The notes: generated from the letters alone by a model not told the origin. Numbered from the stretch's first letter, positions 25,850-38,916 are shown. The stretch: 64,000 nucleotides of DNA from Mobula hypostoma (GCF_963921235.1 NC_086097.1:116624001-116688000), one strand, 5' to 3'. Numbers and translations: made by a program.

Positions 25850-26510
25850 GCACACCAAAAGCAGGAGGAACTCAGCAGGTCAGACAGCACCTATGGAGGG
25901 AAAAAAACAATCGATATTTCAGGTCAAGACTCTTCATCAGGACTGAAAGATAAAGGAGAGAATGCCAGAATAGAAAAGGTGGAGGGAAGGGGTGGAGCAA
26001 GAGCAGGCTGGTGATAGGTGGAAGCAGGTGAAAGGGAAATGATATGCAGATGAGGGAGAGAGTGAGAATGATTTAGGAAGCTGATGGGTGATTGTGTGAT
26101 TGGTACACATGTTAAAGTTCTGAAGAAGATGGAATATGATAGGAGATGGTAGTGGAAATGGAATAAGGAGAAGGAGGTGGGGAGGGAAACCAATGGGAGG
26201 AGTGTGTAGGAGAAGGGCAAATGGAGAGAGTGGGGGAAGAGAAAGAGACAGGGTGATGAGATCGATAGGAAAAAAATAAGAGGGAAGGAAGGGGAAAAAA
26301 GGGAGTGGTTACCGGGAATTTGAGAATTCGATGTTCAGGTTGGAGACTACCAAGGCAAAACATGAGATGCTGTTCCTCTGGCTTGCACCAACAATGGAAG
26401 AGGCGATGGACAGACATTGTTGGTGTGGGAATGGGATGCTACCTGACCTGCTGAGTTCCTAGAGCTCCTTTGCATGATTCCCACCATCTGCAGTCTCTTG
26501 TGTCTCTGCT
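25850..26510 (-). mobile_element. Penelope-like element 3' remnant with an inverted partial pseudo-LTR at its truncated end
   Basis: Hammerhead motif 25908-25945 (-); GIY-YIG C-terminus 'EEQHLMFCLGSLQP' (-); inverted 'gatgctacctgacctgctgagttcct' at ~26435 (+). Confidence 0.82.
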
Positions 26511-26711
26511 TTAAATTTATAGAGCATTGCAGCAGAAGTGCCCAATCAGATCGTCATTCCTCTTTGCCTTCAACCATACCAATTCATCGAATGTAGTCAC
26601 GGGCACAGATTCCCACTGTAAGGCTGGGGTGCAATGCAGCAGAAGATCTGTCCCTGCACAGGCAGCTGAGTTGATAAATTAGTTCTCATTACTCATGAGG
26701 CCCCTCTTTAA

Positions 26712-27080
26712 AAGCTCAAAGTTCAAAGTAAATTTATTATCAAAATGCATATATGTCAGCTTGATATTCAGTTTCTTGCGGCACCTTCAGGAAAATAAAG
26801 AACTGCAACGTAATTTATGAAGAACTATAAAGACTGACAAACAATCGATGTGCAAAAGAAGACAAATTGGGCAAATAGTAAAAAAAGTATATAAATAATA
26901 CTGAGAACATGGATTGTAGAGTTCTTGAAAGTGAGTCTATAGGCTGCGGTGTCAGTTCAGTGTTGAGGTGAGTGAAGTTATCCACTCATGTCAACACTGG
27001 TTCAGGTTGTAGGATAATGACTGATCCTGAACCTGCTGCTCTGGGACCCAAGACCCTGTCCGATGGTAGTAGTGAGAATT
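26712..27080 (-). mobile_element. Rex/Babar 3' UTR fragment
   Basis: aaagttcaaagtaaatttattatcaaa is the reverse complement of the Rex tail seen at 48690-48720. Confidence 0.7.
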
Positions 27081-28176
27081 TCTCCACTGTCAAGCAATCA
27101 ATATCAAATGCTCAAATATAAAAATAAATTATATGATTATCATTTAAAAATACGAATAAAAACAATGAAAACAAACTCATGGATTGCAATGGGAGTGGAG
27201 GTTTGGGGAGGGACTCACCCTTGACTAGAAATTCGTCTGAAGCAGCAGAGTGAGATCAGAATTTCCTGATTTTCTGTCTGCGGCTGACCCCCTTGCCTTC
27301 AGCACAAAGCCCTTTCACTACCTATGAGCATGTTAGTGCATTGGAATGCCCTCTAGTTGCTTGGATGAGAGCAACTCCAACAATCAGGAAATCCACTACC
27401 GCCCTGAAAAAAAAAATCAGACTGCTTAACTGATATTCCATCCATCACCTTATTGGTTTATTGACTATGTAATTTATGACCTAGGATCAGTGTGAACCAT
27501 CTACAAAATACAATGTAGTTCCTCAAAGACTGCTCTTCCTGTACCTGTAGTCTCCATCACCTGGAAGTACAAGTACAGTAAGCACTGAGAAACACCACTG
27601 CCAATTCTGTCTGGCAAATTCGTTATTGATCTGCATTAGCAAAATGAAGTTGAGAACTGTTGGGTTTCCCTTGTAGATATTATTGACGTTATCTTCACTG
27701 AACAATGAGAGAAATGCATGTGATAATGGCTACGTGCAATTTCGAGATCATCCAAATGGAATTGAATAAACAGTCCTTCAAACATTTGGCACTATGATGA
27801 CTTAACTGCCCAGAAATAACTTGTATCATATGTTAATTGTGCTGTTATTTTGGGATGTAGTACATGCAAATATAATACATAGTGTGTGAGACAACGAGAA
27901 TGTGTAAGTTCACGATGAAGAAAAATTTCTAAATTGCTAAGACTTGAAGGCAGCATGCCCTAATATAGTTAATGTTGTTCAGGAGAACCTGGAAAAGTTT
28001 AATCGACATAAAGCTCTGCTTCATGGTTTCATGCAATAGCAATGAATTAAACACACTGATAGTCTTTAAAGTGAATTCACATTATAAAAGGGCATAGAAT
28101 CTGAGGGCCAAGGAATATCTTGTGAACATTATCTGTAAAGGAATGATTGAATAAATGCTGAATCTAAAAGTTTTCT

Positions 28177-28843
28177 TTTTTTCATAATTTATTTTTTATT
28201 GAAGTTCATCATCAAACAAACATTTCCATAAGATGTATTTCAGATATTGTACATATATATCATGTAGTCATATATGCCACAAATCTCCACATAATATTTG
28301 TCTGAAGTATACACTTATAGAAAAGAGAGGAAAGAAAGAGCAAGCAAAAGGAGAAAACTATGTACAAGTAGGGAGCGGTCTTTCTTTTTACAACATATTC
28401 ATTGATTTGTGAAAATAAAATCAGCCCTATGAGGTGTTATGTAGTTGAACCATTTTTCCCAGTATGAATCAAATTGTTCCAACTTATGATTACCAGATGC
28501 TGTTATCTTCTCCATTTTGTAAACGTCCGTTGTAATTTCCATCCATTCATTTAAAGTTGGGCTCTCCTGTGATAACCATTTCCTGGTAAGAGTCTTTTTT
28601 CCAGCCACCAGCAGTATATTCATTAAATATTTATCTCTTTTCAACCATTCTTGAGGTACATACCCAAAATATATGATTTTACTTTCTAAGGGTATTTCAC
28701 ATTTAAAGATGTCTTGTAGGGCATTGTGTATCCCACTCCAATAGTCTTTGATAATGGGGCATTCCCAGAAAATATGATAATGGTTTGCATTTTGATTTCC
28801 ACAATTTCTCCAGCAAACAGGGAGGTTACTATCATAATGGGAT
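28177..28843 (-). mobile_element. L1-clade LINE, 5'-truncated, apparently young
   Basis: Open ORF2 C-terminus 'CWRNCGNQNANHYHIFWECP...YW...RKW...MEK...WEKW', A-rich tail, 16-bp TSD aatctaaaagttttct / aatccaatagttttct (2 mismatches). Confidence 0.85.
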
Positions 28844-29054
28844 AATCCAATAGTTTTCTAATGATATATTATAGATTTCTACATATAATAATTTTCTTTG
28901 CTTAAATGAGTAATTTTTGAATGGCATCTTGGTCAGTGTGCATGAATGAGCCTCTTTCTGTCCTGTGAATCACTATGAATTAATGAATCAAAATATATTC
29001 CCAGAAAAACATGTTCTTGATTGGTGCACTGAAAACCCAGAATTAGCACAAGAG

Positions 29055-29185
29055 ATTCTGCAGATGCTACAAATCCTGAGCAAGACACACAAAATGCTGG
29101 AGGAACTCAGAAGATCAGGCAGCATCTATGGAAATGAAAAAATAAATACAGTCGATGTTTCAGGTGGAAACCCTTCATCAGAATG
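29055..29185 (-). mobile_element. Penelope pseudo-LTR-derived short repeat with hammerhead motif
   Basis: Reverse complement contains CTGATGA-AGGGTTTCCACCT-GAAACATC-GACTG. Confidence 0.78.
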
Positions 29186-29799
29186 AGCATCAGCCTTTAG
29201 CATGGAGGATGAAGGAAGGGTTGAAGATGTACTTTCCTTCTCAAGGCTGACAATGTAAGTTTTAGACTGTTTGTTAAAATGAGTGGAAAGAAATAAAAAT
29301 TGTAATCTTGCCTGTAGCATCATATATTAAACTTCAAATGTTGACATGTTCCTTTCAGTCTAAGGATGCTTCTGTTTACAATTTTATGCTATATGCACTT
29401 TCCGTGATTAGTTATAGAATTATTTGCTTGTACTAAATTTCTTAGCTTTTATCGGTTTCATTCATCCCTGCAATTAAACCCGTAAAAGGAAAGTATTTTG
29501 AGATTTAATTGCAAATGATACTGCTATCAGTTTTAGAATTTGTGGGATAGGCCATTAAGAATTGATGGACCCATACAGCATCAGCAGCTTATCATGGGTA
29601 TATTATTCTTTTGGTATTATATGTTGCTAGGAGCATTCAGCGAAGCCAGGTTAGGAAGTTTCTGCAACAATTTTAGGTTATAGCCAAGATCCTTGGAGGA
29701 TAGAAAACTGAAAAGGAGCACCTGGCTGTCAAGTTGGTTTGAAATGTAAAGAGAATATTAAACTTGTGTCACTATATCTACGGCCAAGCGTTGGAGCAG

Positions 29800-30335
29800 T
29801 ATGCACTTGGTGGCCAACTAATCAGGTACACCTGTATAGCTGCTCATTAATGCAAGTATCTAATCAGCCAATCACGAGGCAGTAACTCAACACATAAAAG
29901 CATGCAAACATGGTCAAGTGGTTCAGTTATTGTTCAGACCAAACATCAGAATGGAGAAGAAATGTGATCTAAGTGACTTTGACCATGGAATGATTGTTGG
30001 TGCCAGAAAGGATGGTTTGAGTATCTCAGAAACTGCTGATCTCCTGGGATTTTCACACAAAGCAGCTTCTAGAGTTTACACAGATGGTGTGGAAACAAAA
30101 ACATTCAGTGAGTTGTTCTGAGGGCAAAAAAACCTTGTAAATGAGAGAGGTCAGAGGAGAATGCCCCAGACTGGTTCAAGCTGACAGGAAGGCTGCAATA
30201 ATTCAAATAACCACATGTTACAACAGTAATGTGCAAAAGAGCATCTCTGAATGCACAACAGGAACCTTGAAGTGGGTGGGGGCAGCAGCAGAAAACCACA
30301 AACATCCACTCAGTGGTCACTTTAGAACGCACCTC
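29800..30335 (+). mobile_element. Non-autonomous Tc1-like element (transposase N-terminal HTH remnant)
   Basis: 'KKCDLSDFDHGMIVGAR..GLSISETADLLGFS....SRVY'; TIR-like cacttggtggcca and cactcagtggtcacttt. Confidence 0.85.
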
Positions 30336-32463
30336 CTGCATTTTACCCCCTTTTTTGTTACACCGCATGCCCAACGCTAAAGTCTCAGTCCAGCATTACG
30401 TGGATAATACACAAGCACAAAGGTATCAATTAGTGAAGAAAGGATGAGGTTGTTAAGGCAATCAATGTCCAGAAGAACACCTCCGTCCCAATACTCCACT
30501 TCGCTCAGTGGTTGTATTTTAGCCGAGAATAATTCCAGCGAAACCGATTGTTTTTGGTTGAGTGAACGGTTCCGGCTACGTTTTTAATGTTACACTGTAT
30601 TAGAAATGTTATCAGGTTTGGGGAATTGCGGGGAATATTGGGCGCTTTTGAAAAAAAAAACCTTGAGTTTTTTTTTCCCCCAGTTTAAGGAAGATTGTTT
30701 CGCCCACTTTACTGGAGATCGATTCGAGGATGGCAAGAAGTTCCAGATGTGTTTTTTGCAGAGCGTCCTCGCCTCGTCAGCAAGCGAGGAGCTTCCTATT
30801 AATTTAATATTCCGGCATAGATCATCTCATTCCCGCTTCCTTCACCCACCACTCACCGCACCAATTATGTTTTCGCAAGATGATAGAGTTGCTTTCTCCG
30901 CAGTGAGATGGTTGAACACCGACGGCCAGAGAGGCGATAAATAGAAGTGCTTAGGAAGAAAAAGAATAGTTAGAGGGAGACCAGACGGTAGGAACAGGGC
31001 TCCCCCAGTTCTACACCACAACACGCGCACACAAATATCTAAATGTATTTTGACATTTTGCATCGGAAGTATCTGTGCGTATCGCATGCATCACTTTGAC
31101 TCCCGGTCGACACATACCCCACATGAATCCGCACATCAACCCGAAGGCATGGGGCAATTCACTTTAAACCACTGAAAAGCAAAAATCTCACTCTACATCC
31201 GCACGTTCGATTTAATCAGGCAGAGATTTGTTTGGATGCACGTTAAATTTCATCCCCTCAACCACATCCCTCCGAGGGAGGGGGGCGTCCAGAGAGTAGG
31301 TGCGAACATATCAAACCAAGAAGTTTATTCATATTTGCAATTGCTGCAATCCACTCGGTGACGGGCAGGCACCACAACTGGTGTGATAGAGCAATGATAT
31401 GGGTCTTCGCTAGATAGGAGAGATCTGTTTCCACTAATCGTTGAATATTTAGTACATTGAGTGGGGGAGCTGGACAGGAGCCCGCGGGTTCGAAGTCACT
31501 GATGGCATTGCCTAGTTGCAACTTGCGGGCTCTGTTTCTATAACGCAAACCCTAATGTCTCGGGTGAGACACTGCCCAACCTTCCACCGTCTGGGGAGAG
31601 GGAGCTCGGCGTGAATGCTGCGCGTCTGAATCATAAATTAAAAAAAAATCATTTGCAGTTGGCGAGCATCGCGCCATGTTCGCTGGGTGCAGATGCACGG
31701 TATGTTGACTGCAGCAAGTTCCTGGTGCCGGGGCGTTCGTCATTTGCTTGTTCGCCTGCACTGAATTCCTACCTGTGCCTCTGGACGAGGCTGTGTTGTG
31801 ATTCAGTGCCTGTCTCCCCCCAGGGCTTTACAGCTGGGTGATGTTTCGCACCTTGTTTTGCCGTTGTTGCTATTATTGATGTTGCCAGATTCTATCAAAT
31901 ACTTGTATTTAAGATTGAATCCACTGTCATGTGACCGAGTCACTTTTTGTTCTCCTTCATCCCTCCCGTTGCCACTGGATTAAAGCGATGAACTTTTCCG
32001 TTATTATTTTCGCAACCGCAACGCGGATGGCGGTAGGAGCGACCCCGGTTCTGGTGAGTGGTCGTAGGCCGGGGAGAGAGCCAGAAGTCGAAGTCTAATG
32101 CAAAACACGTCCCACAAGAGGAAAGGGGGGCAAAGAGCGATTCGTGCACGAGCTGGAACGCTTTCAAGGGGGAAAATCCTTTAATGCCCGATTATTCGTG
32201 ATTTTTAAATGGATCTGTCCTTTTTATGGATTTTTTGTTGCTAAATGCGGCTTGAAAGAGAAGTAATTCTCCTTTTGTACGGATTCTCTCGGAAGATTGC
32301 AAAGGTGGAGTGATCAGAGGGCTGATGACGGACCCATTAATCCCTTTAATGCATCCAAGGAAGCAAGGGCTCGTGGAAACATTTATGTGGGAATCGCGGG
32401 GATATTCTGATCGGCTGGGGATTCTGTGCGAAACTGCTGGTGATTAGTTTTGGCTGAGTTTGG

Positions 32464-32466
<3 letters not shown>

Positions 32467-32497
<31 letters not shown>
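32467..32497. repeat. (CA)n microsatellite ~180 bp upstream of the NETO1 ATG
   Basis: Direct reading. Confidence 0.95.
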
Positions 32498-32499
<2 letters not shown>

Positions 32500-32675
32500 T
32501 ACAATCACACATATGCATAAATATAGTGTTCTGAGTGGAGTTGGAATGTGGATGATCTTCTGCTACCAGCTTTGCTCCTGAATCCATCCATCCATCTGTC
32601 TTTCGTCACCCTGTCAGCCACGCATTGCTTAAATGGAATTAGTTTGGATTGGAGCCCCTTGCATAAGAATCAGAC

Positions 32676-32709
32676 ATGGTACATGGGCATCGGCTCAGAC
32701 TGCTTTACG
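32676..32709 (+). CDS. NETO1: Neuropilin and tolloid-like 1, coding exon 1 (MVHGHRLRLLY)
   Basis: gacATGG strong Kozak context, donor G|gtaagt, phase 1; resembles the mammalian NETO1 N-terminus (MIHGR...). Confidence 0.85.
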
Positions 32710-33467
32710 GTAAGTTCTCTCTGTGAGATGCCAGTGTCATGGCGTTAATTTGGCATAAGTTGGGAGGCTGTGGGTCTGTGGTGATCTGCAAGGAACACTA
32801 AGGTGCCCACAGGCGATGCACAAATGCAGCTGGGTATTCTACAATATAGATCAGACGGAGGTAACGTCGGGAATGAAGCGGGGGTGGGGGCGGGGTCGAA
32901 AGGGAAGAAGGGGAGAAAACAGGCGCTCTCTTGGGTAGTCATTGATCTATCTAAGATAATAAGCAACTGTCTGCATAAGAGCCTTTACTTGTACAGACGA
33001 TTTTAGTTTTCATTTTACTTCCCAGATACTTGGATTTCGCTTTACTACTATGTACAGTTTTCCTTGCCAATATTAACGATTTAAGCTTAAGTTCCTTAAT
33101 TCTATTTGTTTCCAAACTTTCAGCGTTGAATGGTGTACTGAGAGCTCCCGAGGAAGCTGAAATAGAACTTCAATAGATTATCATTAGTTGCCCGCTGCAC
33201 GGTAGGCTGTGCATTTAGACTGCCCGCAAACAAAAGTGTGCGTTCATTTCTGTCTGGATACATTTCTGAGTAGGCAGATATAAGCCTGTGCGCTTATTGA
33301 CAAGGGTGGTGTATTAAAATTGACACAAGCATCATCTGAAATGGCGGTAGAAATGTACATGAACTTCTTCCAGCTGTATTGAACAATATTCTGGAGCATT
33401 ACATCCAGTTTGTAGTTGACGATAGCTATTTAACGAGGAGCCAAAGAAATATCTCGGTGATTATTTC

Positions 33468-33488
33468 TCTCTCTCTCTCTCTCTCTCT
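33468..33488. repeat. (CT)n microsatellite forming the polypyrimidine tract of exon 2
   Basis: ctctctct...cttcttgcag directly before the exon. Confidence 0.9.
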
Positions 33489-33496
33489 TCTTGCAG

Positions 33497-33550
33497 TTGT
33501 ATCAAGTCTTATCCTGTTAGGACATTTTGTATCAACAAAAGAGATATCAG
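33497..33550 (+). CDS. NETO1: NETO1 coding exon 2, signal peptide core (VVSSLILLGHFVSTKEIS)
   Basis: ttgcag| 54 nt |gtaaaa, phase 1-1, hydrophobic, in frame with exons 1 and 3. Confidence 0.9.
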
Positions 33551-34497
33551 GTAAAATTCTTAAAGTGTCCTTTCTTTCATAACGATGTTTTGTTCCTGCA
33601 ATTTTAATTATCTGATTGTAATCACTGGCGGTAGATAATGTCACTTTTTTTTCGAAATTTACTGCAGTGATGTGTCAAACATTAAAGTCAATCATAGTTT
33701 GAAATGGCTGAAGCATTTCTGCACTGCTTTGACCAACACAGGACTGCATTAGAATGAGCACTGTTTGCTATTTGCTGGAATAGGTATGCATATTATTCAA
33801 AGCAGGGGAGGGAAATGAGAGTCATAGGTTTTGTTTTATACTAAGATTTATCACATCTGCTGCACTCAGTACTGAATCATAATTTTCTGTCTCTGAACCA
33901 GTTCAGTCTCTCTTGCCTTGGTTCTCTATATTGTCACCAGTTTTAACAATCTCACAATTGCAGAGAAAAAAAGAACCCTGGCTTAATTGAATTACAGAAA
34001 AAAATATCTCTGATATATTGTCACACTCTATACATGGACTAAGAAGAAATCTCCTGGTAGAGATGGTGTATTAAATTAAATCGATTCTGTTGTAAGTTAC
34101 TTGTCATGGTATTATAAATAAAATGACACCTCCATTATATTGATGCAGAGACTACTAGACCTCTGTGGGTCTTAGATATCATGGAAACAGACTCTCAGCT
34201 CTGTCAGAAATTTCCACTATCCTGACCAATATTGTGCCCTCCTTTAATATAACTGAAACGACGCTCTCTGAACTTATGCTCATTTACTGCTTATTTGACC
34301 AACCTGTATGGGGAAAAAAAATGTTGCTGTTTTTTTTTCAGCGAGTTACTGCTCTTCAAGAGATGAATTAACTCATGCTGTCATACCTTGGGAATATCTT
34401 AGGATAAATTAAACAATTACAATTTACTCTTTCCTTATTTTGTGCTGGCATCAACAAATGCAATTTCCAGGCCCATCTGGCCACTGAGGCAAGGGGA

Positions 34498-34792
34498 GAA
34501 AAAAACCAGAGGACATGGGTTAAGGGTGAGGGGGGAAAAGTTTAAAGGGAACATTGGGGGGGGGCTTCTTCACACAGAGCGTGGTGGGAGTGTGGAATGA
34601 GCTGCCAGACGAGGTGGTAAATGCGGGTTCTTTTTTAACATTTAAGAATAAATTGGACAGATACATGGATGGGAGGTGTATGGAGGGATATGGTCCGTGT
34701 GCAGGTCAGTGGGACTAGGCAGAAAATGATTCGGCACAGCCAAGAAGGGCCAAAAGGCCTGTTTCTGTGCTGTAGTTTCTATGGTTCTATGG
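34498..34792 (+). mobile_element. CR1 3' end in intron 2
   Basis: 'TRGHGLRV..FFTQSVVGVWNELP'; tail (ttctatgg)n. Confidence 0.85.
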
Positions 34793-35049
34793 ATCCCCCT
34801 TCTCCCACATACCTGCATCTGCTCCTCATGAACAATTTCATGAAAAATCTAGTTCTCTTTCTTCTATAAAACAGCTGATCTGTAGTTCACAACTCAACAC
34901 AGAACACCCCCTTACAATGAGCATTCATGTTAGCCTTTTCCCATAATGTCTTACCACTAAAGATCAAAATGAGGGAGACCAACCCATGCTTTTTAATGAA
35001 GTTAGCACCAATGGGTGAGAGTTTGAGGCTGATTCTGATCTCTTTCCAG

Positions 35050-35178
35050 ACAAATCAACCTCTTCAGAGTCAGTGCAATGTGGCTCCTGGATCAAGAACG
35101 TGGATGGTGGCTTCTTCACATCTCCCAATTATCCAAATAAGTACCCTCCTGATAGAGAATGCACATATATTATTGAAG
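35050..35178 (+). CDS. NETO1: NETO1 coding exon 3, start of CUB1 ([43 protein letters not shown])
   Basis: ttccag| 129 nt |gtatgg, phase 1-1; CUB signature CG...G.FTSPNYP..YP...C.Y.I. Confidence 0.96.
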
Positions 35179-35339
35179 GTATGGTCACAGGGAATTGCCA
35201 GGCACAATATATTGTAAAAATAATGGAATACAAATAATTATTTAAAAATTCTAGCAAGGAATTTAAAATGAAAACCGTGCAGCAATTCATTTTTTTAAAA
35301 TATTAAATAAGCTCAAATGATTCCGCAGTAAGCCAAAGC

Positions 35340-36660
35340 AACTTTTATGTCTCTAGCAACTTTGCCTTGTTTAAATCTCCCAAGGTGCTTCACACAAGCA
35401 ATATCAATCAAAATTTGGCAAGAAGGCACAAAGGGAGATAATTGGGCATGTGGCCAAAATCTTGAACAAAGTGGTAGGTTTTAAGGTGAGTTTTGAAAGT
35501 CAGAAAAATGGAGAAGTTTATTCAGAGCTGAGAACCTTGGCAGTTGAAGGTAGGGCAGCTTTATTAGTGTGGTCCGAGAGCCAGAATTGTAAAAGTGCAG
35601 ATATCTTAGAGGGTTGCATGGCTGGGAAAGATAAAGAGATAGACAAAGGTGAAGGATGAGAAGCTCATGGGAATACTATAGCTGAGGAAGTGATAGTAGA
35701 TTAGTGAATGCAGGGGTGAAGAGTAAAAGGAACCATTCCAACACAGAATATTGGATAAGGTATGGCATGAGAGCACAATGGAATAGCTAAGTCATGGATG
35801 AAGGCTTTAGCAACAGATGAGTTAGGGCATGGAGCAATGGTTTTAGGTTTCAGGGTGAAATATAATGCCTTTTGTCAACAGTTGAATTCAGTGTCAGATA
35901 ATTTCCAGATGTAAGAACGGAGATGGTGGTTAATATATGTTAATTTTTTTGGGATCTAATCACCATGGCTGTAGTCTTTTCAGTATGTAGATAGAGGAAA
36001 CTTATACTCATCATCTCCAGCAAGCAATCTGAAAGATGAAAGAAGAGCGTTTGAGATATAATCATGAGGTTGATTTAGACATTATCAGGGTATATAAATG
36101 GGCACAAAATTTTCAAATGTCCATGGGAAAAATATGGAGGACATTATTAAAAGTAATAACATGGGAATAGAAGGAGAAAGCATGGCAGTTGATTCTTTGG
36201 CTATGTTAAGAGGAATAACAATAAAGATAGGCAGTCCCGTGCTATTGTACTAAGGTGGACAGATAGTGGAGAATAGTGTGGTTAACTGTGTAAAAGCATG
36301 GAGACAGGTCAAAATGAACGATGAGGATGATAATCTTTGTATGACCATGTGCGATGTAACTTGTGACATTGATCAGACCCACTACTCTAATGAGGAAGAG
36401 ATGATTAGAAAAAATAATCAAGCAGTGAATTCTGTGAAATAAAACACAGACAAAATTTAGCACAGTGAGTGGAGAGCTGGAATCAAGATTTTAATTTGCA
36501 AAGCGTGATGGTGAAAGCTGTACACAAGAGGGTAAGAAAGGAGAGAGAAAAATCACTGAGCAACAAAGGAGGGAGACAAGGGAAGTGGGAAAGGATGAGT
36601 ACTACCCTGATATTCACCAAGAAGAAGGACATGAGGAAGTGTGAGAGCAGGAAGTGGTAT
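35340..36660 (-). mobile_element. Ancient L2-like LINE, highly decayed
   Basis: Reverse-strand L2-type tail 'cccaaggtgcttcaca' and motif 'catggatgaaggctttagcaacagatgag'; purine-skewed decayed body. Confidence 0.5.
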
Positions 36661-36679
36661 GATGATACTCCAGGACGTT

Positions 36680-38190
36680 AATATCAAGATTAAGGAAGAA
36701 CATCCCTTGAAGAATATTAAGGTGGAGAGAGCCCCAAGAGCTCATGGGACCTGTCTCAGATAACTGAGAGAGACACAAGAGGGATTTCTGGGGCTTTGTA
36801 TGCTCTTCAGCCATAGGTGTGGTCCCAGAGGGCAGAAAAGAGCTAACATTTTTCCTTTTTTTAAGAAGAGCGATACAAAAAAATGGAAGATATTATACGC
36901 CAGTAAACCTTATTTCAGGGGTAGGGAAATTACTGAAAAAGATTCTCAGGAATAGGATCTTCTTACATTTGGAAAGGTGTGGACTTATTAGGGAATGACA
37001 ACATGACTTTATATGGGGAAGGTCATGTCTTACCAATTTGTGTTTTTTGAGGAGGTGATGAAGATGATTGATGAGGGCAGGGCGGTGAATGTTGTATATA
37101 TTGGCTTGAGGAAAGCACTCAATAAGTAGACTGATCCAAAAAATAAATGCAATGTGCTCCCCTGTGACTTGATCAATTGGATTCAAAAACTGCCTTGGCC
37201 ATAGAGATGAAAGAGGAGGGGTGGAGATTTGTGAGCACTGTTGTCAATGGGGATTGGTGCTTGAACTTCCGTTGCTTGTGGTTATGCATGTATAAATAAT
37301 TTGGACGAAAAGGCAGATGGGCTGATTAGGATGTTATCAACTGAAATAAAAATTGGTGGAGTTGTGGAGAATTGGTGGAGAAAGGTGATCAAAGAATGCA
37401 GCAGGGTGTATCGATCAGTATCAGCATGGAAAAGTTGGTTTAATTCAAATAAATGTGAGATGTTCCATCTTGAATGGTAAAATTTAAGAGGAAAGCATAC
37501 TATAAATTGCAGGATCCTTTGAAAAATTGATATACAAGGGAATCTTGGGGTGCACGTTTCACAATCCCTGAAAGTGGGCAGGGTGGCAAAGACAGCCTTC
37601 AGTGGTTGGGGCACTGAGTTTAAAAGTTGGGAAGTCATGTTCTAAAGTATAAAACTTTGGTTTAGCTACATTTAAAGTATTGGCTGCTCCAGTACGTGAT
37701 GGATGAGGAGGCTTTGGAGAGGGTTCAGAGATGTTCACAAGAACCTGCATTAGTGAGTGATAGCTATAGGGAGAGTTTAGACAAACTTGAATTCTGAATT
37801 CGAGGCTGAGTGGTGAACTGATAGAAGCATATAAAGATATGAGCAGCGATGATAGGGTAGATGGTCCAAGTCTTTTTCCCAGGGTAGAAATGTCAAATAC
37901 TAGAGGTACATAGCTTTAAGGTGACAGGGGGAATGTATAAATAAGATTTACAAGGCAATTTGTTTTACAAAGAGAATGGTAGGTGTCTGTAATGCAGTGC
38001 CAGGGGAGGAAGTCCGAATAGATGTGATAGTAATGTTTGAAACACATTTTAGACAGACATATAAACAGGCAGGGAATAGAGGAAAATAGAGCACATTCAG
38101 GCAGACGGGATTAGTTTAAATTGGCTTCATGTTCGGCACAGGCCTCATGGGCCCAAGAGTCTGCTTCTGTGCTGTATATTCCATGTTCAG
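36680..38190 (+). mobile_element. Old CR1 LINE fragment in intron 3
   Basis: Decayed RT ('Y.PVNLISGVGKLLKKILR', 'QHDFIWGRSCLTNL') through 3' UTR. Confidence 0.85.
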
Positions 38191-38916
38191 TATTGAAGGA
38201 AGAGAGGCAGTATTTGAGAAGGGGCAACTATTAGAATTATCAGTTAACACAAGGCTCAGGAAAGGATGCTGACAAAGTTTAACTCTTAAATTCTGAAATA
38301 TAATAAGGAATTTATTTTACAGTATTTCCATGTAATTAATAGGTCTATTGTGAATACTGAGTACTATATTTTTAAAGCACATAACACATCTTATTAGATT
38401 ATAAAATATGTCCTTTCTGTTTTTCAATCTTTCTCTACATTTTCAGAAATTAATTGCAGACAGCTCTTTTTAACAAGGTTATTTTAGAACTGAAAGATAA
38501 TTTGGCCTACTTTGATATACCAATTAATTAAACTCTGTAATTTTGTACTAAGATCCTTCCATATATCATCCATATTGTAGACTTATGAATGACAGCAGAT
38601 AATTTTGATGTAGGACGCAATATACATTAAAAATATTCAGAACAAATAGAAATGGCAAACAATAATTTAGTATAATTATGATGTATTAAGTTGTAATATA
38701 TTGCTGTACATTATAAATACATTGCTTATAATTTGCAACATAAGTTTCACATTTACTTAAAGCACAGTTGCTACTAAATGCCCTGAGTTTCTTTGTATAT
38801 CAACTTGTATCTTCCAAATGCACTTTTTACTTCAGAATATCTTGTGGTCTTATATTGTTATGCTAATTAATAGTATTTTCATTATCTAGTAATAATTGAT
38901 TGATATTTTGGTTTAG

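Larger units (their letters stand above)
30400..33300. promoter_or_regulatory. CpG-enriched, transposon-free promoter / 5' UTR region of NETO1
   Basis: CpG visibly much denser than in the CpG-depleted flanks; surrounds coding exon 1; GC box ggggcgggg near 32887. TSS not determinable from sequence. Confidence 0.7.

Noticed and set aside
27300..27620. Ancient CR1/L2-like fragment
   Set aside because: Resemblance too decayed to assign family or boundaries by eye.
34927..35217. 96-aa ORF overlapping exon 3
   Set aside because: Wrong frame; the CUB-encoding frame is defined by the splice sites.
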